This document shows positions 9,990-18,340 of a stretch of DNA of 32,000 nucleotides, in pieces. Made by a program: the position numbers and the translations under genes. Below the pieces are notes generated by a model. The model was not told the DNA's origin, did no database searches, and saw only the letters and a program-made list of their open reading frames with translations. The stretch comes from Mycolicibacterium smegmatis. Its GTDB lineage: Bacteria > Actinomycetota > Actinomycetes > Mycobacteriales > Mycobacteriaceae. The number at the start of each line of letters is the position of its first letter. The first letter of the stretch is position 1. The stretch is taken from assembly GCF_001457595.1 (NCBI RefSeq), contig NZ_LN831039.1:3930001-3962000 (forward strand). The letters are read 5' to 3'.

Positions 9990-10002
9990 GGGGCCTCCTA
10001 TG

Positions 10003-10025
10003 TTGGGTCTGACGAGGAGACCCAA
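10003..10025 (-). promoter_or_regulatory. Leader hairpin immediately upstream of the infC Shine-Dalgarno, with a possible anti-SD segment
   Basis: Minus strand TTGGGTCT-CCTCGTC-AGACCCAA, perfect 8-bp stem; CTCCT in the 3' end of the first arm and loop is complementary to AGGAG of the SD. Confidence 0.5.
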
Positions 10026-10037
10026 TCCATCCGCACC

Positions 10038-10076
10038 TCTGCTCGATGAGCAGAAAAGCCCTGCTCGAAGCAGGGC
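10038..10076 (-). promoter_or_regulatory. Candidate transcription attenuator in the infC leader
   Basis: Minus strand GCCCTGCT-TCG-AGCAGGGC-TTTTC (10076-10058 plus T-run) followed by TCTGCTC-ATC-GAGCAGA (10054-10038). The arms share CTGCT/AGCAG, so alternative pairing is possible. Confidence 0.55.
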
Positions 10077-10254
10077 CCATGCCGACCGATCAACGGCGTT
10101 CGCCGCCTGCGCCACCGTGACGGCGGGCACAGAACCGACACCCGAGGATGTCGGTGACCGGACCGTTGAACCGGGGTGGCCAACGGTGGGAGTGGGACTC
10201 CACTTACTGTCCCTGGCGTGAGCCGGGACGGTCGCACATGACAGTCTAGCAGGC

Positions 10255-10614
10255 ATGACCGATCAGAACGTAACGCCCGACGCAGCCGAGGCGCAGGTGC
10301 GCGACCTGGCCGAGATCCCGGCGGTGGAGGTGATCACCCGGGCGGCGGTCATGTTGATGAGCGCCGCGGCCGAGAAGATCGGGCTGTCCCACGAGAATCC
10401 CGACGATAGCCCACACCGCGACCTCGATGAGGCGCGGCGCCTGATCACCGCACTGGCCGGCCTCGTGACGGCGTCGGCGGAGTACCTGGGACCGCACGCG
10501 GGGCCGGTGCGCGACGGGCTCAAGGGCCTGCAACTGGCGTTCCGCGAGGCGAGCGCCGCACCCGACGAACCCGGCCAGGGCCCCGGCGAGAAGTACACCG
10601 GTCCGGTGTGGTGA
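10255..10614 (+). CDS. DUF1844-like conserved protein
   Basis: 119 aa [44 protein letters not shown]...[19 protein letters not shown]..., located next to infC. Confidence 0.82.
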   Translation: MTDQNVTPDAAEAQVRDLAEIPAVEVITRAAVMLMSAAAEKIGLSHENPDDSPHRDLDEARRLITALAGLVTASAEYLGPHAGPVRDGLKGLQLAFREASAAPDEPGQGPGEKYTGPVW

Positions 10615-10681
10615 ACCGGCGCGCCGCCGCGGCGGCGCGACTCCCAGCTTTTCCCGGTCAGAGGGCATATTCTCCCGGCCT

Positions 10682-13600
10682 ATGACCGTAATCAGTCGCG
10701 TCGAGCACCTCCCGGCGCGTCCGGCCTCCCGAGTGGCCTGGGTGCCCGCGGCAGCGGGCTGGACCGTCGGCGTCATCGCGACCCTCTCGTTGATCGCCAG
10801 CGTCTCGCCTCTCGTGCGCTCGCTCATCCGGGTGCCGCGGGAGTTCGTCAACGACTTCATCTTCAACTTCCCGGACACCAGCTTCGCCTGGGCGTTCGTC
10901 CTGGCGCTGCTGGCCGCCGCGCTGGCGGCCCGCAAGCGCATCGCGTGGTGGGTCCTGGTGCTCTACCTGGTGGGTGCCATCGGCTGGAACGTGGGCGATC
11001 TCGCGGCGGGCGGCGACACCGTCGCCGACGACATCGGCGAGCTCATCGGCATCGCCTTCCACGTCGCGGCGATCGTGTTCCTGGTGGTGGCCCGCAAGGA
11101 GTTCTGGGCCAAGGTCCGCCGCGGCGCTCTGCTCAAGTCGGCGGCGGTGCTGGTGGCCGGCAACCTGATCGGCATCGTCGTGGCGTGGGGACTGCTGCAG
11201 GCGTTCCCGGGCACCCTTGACCCCGAGTGGCGGTTGCCGTACGCGGTCAACCGGGTCAGCGGGTTCGCGACCGTGCCCACCGAGGTGTTCGAGGGTTACT
11301 CGCACACGTTCCTCAACGCGATCTTCGGCCTGTTCGGCGCACTGGCTTTGATGGCCGCGGCGATCGTGCTGTTCCAATCGCAGCGCGCGTCGAACGCGCT
11401 CACCGGTGAGGACGAGTCCGCCATCCGGGGGCTGCTCGAGCTCTACGGCAAGAACGACTCCCTCGGCTACTTCGCGACCCGCCGCGACAAGTCGGTGGTG
11501 TTCGCGCCGAACGGACGCGCCGCAATCACCTACCGCGTCGAGGTCGGCGTGTGCCTGGCCAGTGGCGACCCCGTCGGTGACCCCAAGTCGTGGCCGCAGG
11601 CCATCGCGGCGTGGTTGCAGTTGTGCCAGGCCTACGGCTGGGCACCCGGCGTGATGGGCGCGAGCCTGGCGGGCGCCGAGGCCTACCGGGCCGCGGGTCT
11701 CAACGCGCTGCAACTGGGCGACGAGGCGATCCTGCACCCCGACCGCTTCCGGTTGTCGGGACCCGACATGCGCGCCGTGCGCCAGGCCGTGACCCGCGCG
11801 CGCCGGGCAGGCACCTCGGTGCGGATCCGGCGGCACCGCGAACTGTCACCCGAGGAGATGGCCGCGGTGATCCGGCGTGCCGACGCGTGGCGCGACACCG
11901 AGACCGAACGCGGCTTCTCGATGGCGCTGGGCCGGCTGGGCGATCCCGCCGACGACGACTGTCTGCTGGTCGAGGCCGTGCAGGGCGATGAGGTGGTGGC
12001 GATGCTGTCGCTCGTGCCGTGGGGCAGCAACGGTGTGTCGCTCGACGTCATGCGACGCTCACCGCGGTCGCCCAACGGCACCATCGAGCTGATGGTCAGC
12101 GAGCTGTGCATGCAGGCCGAGGACATCGGCATCAGCCGGATCTCATTGAACTTCGCGATGTTCCGCTCGGCGTTCGAGCAGGGCGCGCAGCTGGGTGCCG
12201 GGCCGGTCGCGCGGCTGTGGCGGGCCCTGCTGGTGTTCTTCTCCAAATGGTGGCAGCTGGAGAGCCTGTACCGCTCCAACAGGAAGTACCAGCCCGAGTG
12301 GGTGCCGCGGTACGCGTGTTACGAGGACGCGCGGCTGGTGCCGCGGGTCGGTGTGGCGTCGGTGATTGCGGAAGGCTTTCTGGTGCTTCCGTTCTCGCGA
12401 CGCAACAAGCAACACACCGGCGAGCACATCGCCGCACCCGACACCCTGGTGCAGTCCGGGCGACTGCACCGCGACGGCAGCGCACCCGACGTCACCGGGC
12501 TGCAGGGCGAGCTGCCCGACGCCGACGACGAGCCCCGCCTGCCCGAGCAGGTCCGCGTGCGCATGGCCAAACTCAAGGCGTTGCAGGGCAACGGCGTCGA
12601 CGCCTACCCCGTGGGGCAACCGCCCAGCCACACCGTCGCTCAGGCCCTTGGCGCCACCGATGGCGAGACGCTGTCGGTGGCCGGCCGTGTGATGCGGATC
12701 CGCGACTACGGCGGCGTGCTGTTCGCGCAACTGCGGGACTGGTCGGGTGAGGTCCAATTGCTGTTGGACAACGCCGCACTGACCGAGGGCGAGACCGCGG
12801 ACTTCACCGCGACGATCGACCTGGGCGACCTCGTCGAGGTGACCGGTTCGATGGGCTTCAGCCGCAACGGAACCCGCTCGCTGCTGGTCGAGCGCTGGCG
12901 ACTGATCGGCAAGTGCCTGCGCCCGCTGCCCGACAAGTGGAAGGGCCTCACCGACCAGGAGGCCCGTGTGCGGGCCCGCTATGTCGACCTGGCCGTCAAC
13001 ACCGAGGCGCGCGATCTGATCCGCGCACGCAGCGGCGCGTTGCACGCCATCCGGGAAACCCTGTACTCCAAGGGTTTCCTCGAGGTCGAGACCCCGATCC
13101 TGCAGCAAATCCACGGCGGCGCCAACGCCAGGCCGTTCTTGACCCACATCAACGCCTACGACCTGGACCTGTATCTGCGGATCGCACCCGAGCTGTACCT
13201 CAAGCGGTTGTGCGTGGGCGGTGTCGAGCGGGTCTTCGAACTGGGCCGCGCGTTCCGCAACGAGGGCGTCGACTTCAGCCACAACCCCGAGTTCACACTC
13301 CTGGAGGCCTATCAGGCGCACGCCGACTACAACGTGTGGATCGACGGCTGCCGCGAGCTGATCCAGAACGCGGCACAGGCCGCCAACGGTGCGCAGGTGT
13401 TCCTGCGGCCCCGCCCGAACGATCCGGCCGGGACCCTCGAGCCCGTCGACATCTCCGGGCAGTGGGCCGTCAAGACCGTGCACGACGCGGTCTCCGAGGC
13501 GATCGGCGAGCACATCACGCCCGAGACCGAGCTGGGCGAGCTTCGGCGCCTGTGTGATTCGGCCGGTATTCCCTACCTGACGCACTGGGACGCCGGTGCG

Positions 13601-14002
13601 GTGGTTCTGGAGATGTACGAGCACCTGGTCGAGGACCGCACCACCGAACCCACGTTCTACAAGGACTTCCCGACGTCGGTGTCGCCGCTGACCCGGCCGC
13701 ACCGCAGCATCCCGGGGGTCGCCGAACGCTGGGACCTGGTGGCGTGGGGCGTCGAACTCGGCACGGCCTACAGCGAGCTGACCGATCCGGTCGAGCAGCG
13801 CCGCCGCCTGCAGGAGCAGTCCCTGCTTGCGGCCGGTGGTGATCCCGAGGCGATGGAACTCGACGAGGACTTCCTGCAGGCCATGGAGTACGCCATGCCG
13901 CCGACCGGCGGCCTGGGCATGGGCGTGGACCGCGTGGTCATGATGATCACCGGGCGCAGCATCCGTGAGACGCTGCCGTTCCCGCTCGCCAAACCGCGTT
14001 AG
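10682..14002 (+). CDS. lysX: Bifunctional lysylphosphatidylglycerol synthetase / lysine--tRNA ligase LysX
   Basis: 1106 aa: N-terminal TM region, MprF-like domain ('[46 protein letters not shown]'), OB fold, and class II LysRS domain ('[82 protein letters not shown]', '[30 protein letters not shown]'). Confidence 0.98.
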   Translation: MTVISRVEHLPARPASRVAWVPAAAGWTVGVIATLSLIASVSPLVRSLIRVPREFVNDFIFNFPDTSFAWAFVLALLAAALAARKRIAWWVLVLYLVGAIGWNVGDLAAGGDTVADDIGELIGIAFHVAAIVFLVVARKEFWAKVRRGALLKSAAVLVAGNLIGIVVAWGLLQAFPGTLDPEWRLPYAVNRVSGFATVPTEVFEGYSHTFLNAIFGLFGALALMAAAIVLFQSQRASNALTGEDESAIRGLLELYGKNDSLGYFATRRDKSVVFAPNGRAAITYRVEVGVCLASGDPVGDPKSWPQAIAAWLQLCQAYGWAPGVMGASLAGAEAYRAAGLNALQLGDEAILHPDRFRLSGPDMRAVRQAVTRARRAGTSVRIRRHRELSPEEMAAVIRRADAWRDTETERGFSMALGRLGDPADDDCLLVEAVQGDEVVAMLSLVPWGSNGVSLDVMRRSPRSPNGTIELMVSELCMQAEDIGISRISLNFAMFRSAFEQGAQLGAGPVARLWRALLVFFSKWWQLESLYRSNRKYQPEWVPRYACYEDARLVPRVGVASVIAEGFLVLPFSRRNKQHTGEHIAAPDTLVQSGRLHRDGSAPDVTGLQGELPDADDEPRLPEQVRVRMAKLKALQGNGVDAYPVGQPPSHTVAQALGATDGETLSVAGRVMRIRDYGGVLFAQLRDWSGEVQLLLDNAALTEGETADFTATIDLGDLVEVTGSMGFSRNGTRSLLVERWRLIGKCLRPLPDKWKGLTDQEARVRARYVDLAVNTEARDLIRARSGALHAIRETLYSKGFLEVETPILQQIHGGANARPFLTHINAYDLDLYLRIAPELYLKRLCVGGVERVFELGRAFRNEGVDFSHNPEFTLLEAYQAHADYNVWIDGCRELIQNAAQAANGAQVFLRPRPNDPAGTLEPVDISGQWAVKTVHDAVSEAIGEHITPETELGELRRLCDSAGIPYLTHWDAGAVVLEMYEHLVEDRTTEPTFYKDFPTSVSPLTRPHRSIPGVAERWDLVAWGVELGTAYSELTDPVEQRRRLQEQSLLAAGGDPEAMELDEDFLQAMEYAMPPTGGLGMGVDRVVMMITGRSIRETLPFPLAKPR

Positions 14003-14049
14003 CAGGTAACGCACAGCCGACCGTAAGCATCGCCGGTCACGATTGGCCC

Positions 14050-15414
14050 GTGACCTTCACCCACCACCTGTCCCTGATGCACGGCTGGGTACCGACGACA
14101 GTGCAGGTCGTCACGGCCGTGATCCTCATCGCGGCCGTGGGCCGGCGCACGTGGCGCTGGCATCTCATCTGGCTGCCCGCGGCCGCGGCGGTCGGCGCCG
14201 TCCTGGCGCTGGGCACGTTCTGGTACATCCAGAGCGAGGGTCTGGCCGGTAACCCGGCGCCGCGGTCACTGTGGGTGTGGATCGCGATCAGCGGCGCCAC
14301 GGTGGTGGTGCTGGTGGCCGGTTGGCCGCGCAGCCGGTGGTGGCGGCGGGGGGCGTCGGCGCTCGCGATCCCCATGAGCGTGCTGTGCGCCGCACTCGCT
14401 TTGAACCTGTGGGTCGGCTACTTCCCGTGGGTGCAGACCGCGTGGAACCAGTTGACGGCCGGGCCGCTGCCCGACCAGACCGATCAGGTGACGGTGGCCG
14501 CGATGCAGCGCGACGGGGCGGTTCCCGCCAAGGGCACCGTGGTGCCCGTCCAGATCCCGAACACCGCATCGGGTTTCCGGCACCGCCAGGAGTACGTGTA
14601 CCTGCCGCCGGCGTGGTTCGCGGCCAATCCGCCGCCGAAGCTGCCGACTGTGATGATGATCGGCGGCGAGTTCAACACGCCCGCCGACTGGATGCGCGCG
14701 GGCAACGTCATCTCCACCGTGGACGCTTTCGCGGCCTCCCACCACGGCTTCGCACCCGTGCTGGTGTTCGTCGACCCGGGCGGTGCGTTCAACAACGACA
14801 CCGAATGCGTCAACGGCAGCCGCGGCAACGCCGCCGATCACCTCACGAAAGACGTTGTGCCGTACCTGGAAGCGCACTACGGCGTGAGCGCCGCGGCCGC
14901 CAACTGGGGCATCGTGGGCTGGTCGATGGGCGGCACCTGCGCGGTGGATCTGGCCGTCATGCACCCCGACATGTTCAGCGCGTTCGTCGACATCGCCGGT
15001 GACCTCACACCGAACTCGGGCACCAAGGCCCAGACCATCGACCGGCTGTTCGGCGGCAACGCCGCGGCGTGGGACGCGTTCGACCCGACCACGGTGATCA
15101 ACCGGCACGGCCACTATCAGGATGTGGCCGGCTGGTTCGACGTGAACACCGGCGGACCGGGCACCGCGCCCAACGATCAGGCCAAGGCCGCGAACTCGCT
15201 GTGCACGCTGGGTTCGAGCCACGGCATCGCGTGTGCGGTCCAGGCCCAACCCGGCACGCACGACTGGCCGTTCGCGACACAGGCGTTCAAGGCGTCACTG
15301 CCGTGGCTGGCCGGGGCGATCGGCACCCCGGACGTCCCGGTGGTCGGATTGCCCGCCTCCGCGCCGAGCGCGCCGGCGTTCATCGAGAGCGGCAAGACGG
15401 CCGGCCCGAAATAG
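14050..15414 (+). CDS. Membrane-anchored alpha/beta-hydrolase (esterase D / mycolyltransferase-like fold)
   Basis: 454 aa; four or so N-terminal TM segments, then 'GWSMGGTCAVDLAVMHPDMFSAFVDIAGDLTPN' (GxSxGG nucleophile elbow) and 'PGTHDWPFATQAFKASLPWLA' (catalytic His). Confidence 0.87.
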   Translation: MTFTHHLSLMHGWVPTTVQVVTAVILIAAVGRRTWRWHLIWLPAAAAVGAVLALGTFWYIQSEGLAGNPAPRSLWVWIAISGATVVVLVAGWPRSRWWRRGASALAIPMSVLCAALALNLWVGYFPWVQTAWNQLTAGPLPDQTDQVTVAAMQRDGAVPAKGTVVPVQIPNTASGFRHRQEYVYLPPAWFAANPPPKLPTVMMIGGEFNTPADWMRAGNVISTVDAFAASHHGFAPVLVFVDPGGAFNNDTECVNGSRGNAADHLTKDVVPYLEAHYGVSAAAANWGIVGWSMGGTCAVDLAVMHPDMFSAFVDIAGDLTPNSGTKAQTIDRLFGGNAAAWDAFDPTTVINRHGHYQDVAGWFDVNTGGPGTAPNDQAKAANSLCTLGSSHGIACAVQAQPGTHDWPFATQAFKASLPWLAGAIGTPDVPVVGLPASAPSAPAFIESGKTAGPK

Positions 15415-15425
15415 CCCCGGCCTGA

Positions 15426-16454
15426 TCAGTAGTCGGATTCTGCGGCCAGGATCTCGGCGAGGTACGCGTCTGCCGTGGGCGCCGCGAGTCGTGCCCTGGC
15501 GAACGCCCGCACGCGGGCCCGGGTCCGGGCGTCCTCGTCTGGTCCGGCGGTGGCGCCCACGTGCACCACGGCCGTGCTCCAGTCCTGGTTCCACGCCTCG
15601 GTTTCCGTCGTCGGGCGCCCGCCGGTGACCATCGGTATCTCGGCGCGCCCGTCGGCAGCGAGCACACCCGCGCCGCCGTGGTCACCACACCGGACGGTCA
15701 CCGGGATGCCGTCGGCGTGACCCGGCCCCGAAAGAGCCACCTGGACAACGACGTCGACGGCTCCACCGTCGCTGCGCACCGACCACTCGACGGTGTCCTC
15801 GGCCGCGTCGAAGATCCCGGGCGGCACGGCCGACCACCGCACGGTTGCCACTCCCCCGGCGATCGCGTCTTGCCGCGAGGTACGTGAGCCTGCTGCCAGG
15901 GCGTAGTCCGCGCGCCGGACGGGGCCGACCGGCACGGTGGCGGTCCAGTCGACGCCGATCTCGGCGGCCAGGTCCCGGCACCGGTCGATGAGCGCGGTGA
16001 CGCGGGGATCACCCTCGGCCGCCAGGGCGTCCAGGCGTGCGGTATGTGGCGCCAACAGGCCCGCCACGTCGGAGTCGAGGGTGTCGTCGGTGAAGAACTC
16101 CTCGGCGGCGACGGTCGAGAGCGCAATCTCGGCGTCGAGCAGCGCGGGATCCAGTTCGGCGATGCCTTCGCGGATACTCGCGGGCCACCAGCGGCGCAGC
16201 CAGTGGCCGAGCGCCAACCGCCGCAGGGCGTCGGTCGAGCCGGGCAGCACCTGGAGGTCTGCCGTGCGTCCCTCAACCACAGCGACATGCGCCTGCTCAC
16301 CGACCACCCGCCAGAGCCAGTCCGCCCGAAGCGGATCGGTGAAACTGATCTCCGGTGCGGTGCTGGGTTCTTCGTCGACGATCCACGACAACACCGCGCC
16401 GCTGACCTCGAGCACCGCAACCGACGGCAGCGGCGGATACCCCGGATCTGTCAT
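15426..16454 (-). CDS. Hypothetical protein, no recognisable domain (island gene B)
   Basis: Long ORF; likely ATG at 16454 (MTDPGYPPLPSVAVLEVSGAVLSWIVDEEPS...) forming an ATGA overlap with the upstream gene stop. Confidence 0.8.
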   Translation of the reverse strand: MTDPGYPPLPSVAVLEVSGAVLSWIVDEEPSTAPEISFTDPLRADWLWRVVGEQAHVAVVEGRTADLQVLPGSTDALRRLALGHWLRRWWPASIREGIAELDPALLDAEIALSTVAAEEFFTDDTLDSDVAGLLAPHTARLDALAAEGDPRVTALIDRCRDLAAEIGVDWTATVPVGPVRRADYALAAGSRTSRQDAIAGGVATVRWSAVPPGIFDAAEDTVEWSVRSDGGAVDVVVQVALSGPGHADGIPVTVRCGDHGGAGVLAADGRAEIPMVTGGRPTTETEAWNQDWSTAVVHVGATAGPDEDARTRARVRAFARARLAAPTADAYLAEILAAESDY

Positions 16455-17803
16455 CCCGCCACCTGCACTTCCAGCATCGACTTGATCCGTTGCCGGTGAT
16501 CCAGGCTCACCGAGCGTGCGACACCTTCGAGCAGCGCACGCAGATCGTCGACGTCGCGGCACGATTCCTGCCACACGTCACGGCCGTGCAGCCTGGCCCA
16601 CAGCCGGCTGGTGTACGGCCGCGCGAACGACGCGAGGTCGTCGACCACCTGCTGCTGGCGCGGATGGATCGCCTCGCCGCCTGCGAGGTACCGGCGCGCG
16701 TGCAGCACATAGGCTTCCTTGGCCAGCCGCGACTGGATCCGCGACGACACCTCGTAGCGCGTCGGTGCGGCCTCGGCCAACGGGCGCAGATCGGTCGCGA
16801 CCTCGATCCCGGCGAGCAGCGCGGCCTGGTGGTCCTCGGCCAGCAGCCCCCACGGCGCGCACGCGCGGTCCACCTCCTCGGCGCACAGCAGTGGCACGTC
16901 GGGCAGTTCGTCGCGGGCGAGCGCACGCCGCAGTGTCGCCCGCACCCGGTCGACCACGCTTCGGTCCAGGGGCGGGTCCGGGGTCCGGTTTCCGCCCTCC
17001 GGCGTATCGATCGGCGGAGGTTGTTGCGGCACAGTAGAACACAGCCCGATGTCGGTGACCGACCACGGTCGGTCGGCGGGTGGGTTGGCGCCGGGACGCC
17101 GGATGCCCGCACCGAGGTTGTGCGGCGTGGCGTCGGCGATCAGCGCCGACCACACGCGTTGCCGCGCGGCTTCGGCGTTGTGGGTGGCGGCGGGCCCGAG
17201 CACCGTGGTCAGACCCGAGAAGAACGGGCCCGTGATCGCCTGGGACGGCGTCACATCGGCCCAGCTGCGCTGCAGTTGACGCTGCAACTGCCGCACCACC
17301 TGCGGGCTCTCGATGTGACGGTTGAGCACCTCGACGGCCGTGCGATCCCGGCCGCCGTGAACGTCGGCCAGCGTCCGGCGCGCCACCTCATCCGCGTCGT
17401 GCGCGGGCATGCCGCGTGCGACGGCGAGTTCGAAGCATGCCGGGAAGTAGAGTTCCTGCGCGTTGCCCGTGGTGATGCGCCTGCGCCTGCGTTCCTGTTT
17501 GAGCAGCGTGAACCAGGCCGCGGCGGCACGTAGACGCGGTGCGGCGCCGACGATCTCGGCATGCATCGCGGCAGCGGTGTCCGGGTCGAGCACGGCCGCG
17601 GAGAACTGGGTGTTGCTGCGCAACCGGAGCACCAGAGGATCGATGATGCGTTTGACGGTGCGCCGCAGCGGCGCACCGTCGTCGCCGCTGAGCACCTCGA
17701 CGCCGGATCCGATCGCACGCCAGGCCCGGTCGATCACCGCGCGCCTCGGTTGGGCCGCTCGCACCGCCGCGACTGCAGGCGTAGTGTCCGACCCGGTGCT
17801 CAC
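16451..17803 (-). CDS. Hypothetical protein, no recognisable domain (island gene A)
   Basis: ORF open to 18229, but the + strand gene at 17868 and a -10 (TATCCT, 17816-17811) place the likely start at GTG 17803 (VSTGSDTTPAVAAVRAAQPRRAVIDRAW...). Confidence 0.8.
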   Translation of the reverse strand: MSTGSDTTPAVAAVRAAQPRRAVIDRAWRAIGSGVEVLSGDDGAPLRRTVKRIIDPLVLRLRSNTQFSAAVLDPDTAAAMHAEIVGAAPRLRAAAAWFTLLKQERRRRRITTGNAQELYFPACFELAVARGMPAHDADEVARRTLADVHGGRDRTAVEVLNRHIESPQVVRQLQRQLQRSWADVTPSQAITGPFFSGLTTVLGPAATHNAEAARQRVWSALIADATPHNLGAGIRRPGANPPADRPWSVTDIGLCSTVPQQPPPIDTPEGGNRTPDPPLDRSVVDRVRATLRRALARDELPDVPLLCAEEVDRACAPWGLLAEDHQAALLAGIEVATDLRPLAEAAPTRYEVSSRIQSRLAKEAYVLHARRYLAGGEAIHPRQQQVVDDLASFARPYTSRLWARLHGRDVWQESCRDVDDLRALLEGVARSVSLDHRQRIKSMLEVQVAG

Positions 17804-17867
17804 CGGCACCAGGATAGAGGGACAGAACTTGGGTTCGGTAGCCGTCGGCGTCCCGGACGCTGGACCG

Positions 17868-18335
17868 ATGACCGACACCGTGCTGTTCACCGTCCTGTGC
17901 ATCGCGTGCTTCGGCGTCGCGACGGCGTTGCGGGCCGCCGTGGCACGGCGAGGATCCGATGACGTCCCCCCGCGCGACCCAAAAGACACGGAAGCCTCCG
18001 AACGTCTGGTGACCCTTGCCGAACTCGCCGCCGAATTCGACGAGATGCTCATTCGCAAAGGGGTGATGACGAGCACCCAGGTCTCGTTGATGCGTACCGG
18101 CATCCGATCCCGCGGCGTGGTCACCGGGATGCGGACCACGGGCGTGGTGCGTGAGGATTTCCGTGAGGTCGAACTCGATCTCATGGTGAGCCGCACCGGC
18201 GGCGGACAGTTCGCGGCCCGGCAGACCACGCTGATTCCGTTGTCGTCACTGCACAGGGTGTTTCCCGGCAGCGTGGTCGACGCGTACTACCGGCCGGGCG
18301 ACGAGCGCACGGTCGCGGTGTGCGTGTCACCCTGA
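17868..18335 (+). CDS. Small protein with N-terminal hydrophobic segment (membrane-anchored or secreted; island gene C)
   Basis: 155 aa MTDTVLFTVLCIACFGVATALRAAVARRGSDD..., one strong N-terminal hydrophobic helix; ends 5 bp before the CHAT gene stop. Confidence 0.72.
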   Translation: MTDTVLFTVLCIACFGVATALRAAVARRGSDDVPPRDPKDTEASERLVTLAELAAEFDEMLIRKGVMTSTQVSLMRTGIRSRGVVTGMRTTGVVREDFREVELDLMVSRTGGGQFAARQTTLIPLSSLHRVFPGSVVDAYYRPGDERTVAVCVSP

Positions 18336-18340
18336 CCGGC

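Noticed and set aside
9990-10256. In-frame extension of infC to 10256
   Set aside because: Covers the structured leader (three perfect hairpins) and the SD. The peptide is unlike IF-3; the ATC start with AGGAGG is the better model.
12143-14014. 623-aa minus strand ORF opposite lysX
   Set aside because: Low-complexity His/Arg/Gly-rich antisense translation of a well-defined lysX; no family resemblance.
17810-18229. N-terminal extension of island gene A
   Set aside because: Opposite the + strand gene 17868-18335, Ser/Arg/Thr-rich, and upstream of the candidate -10.
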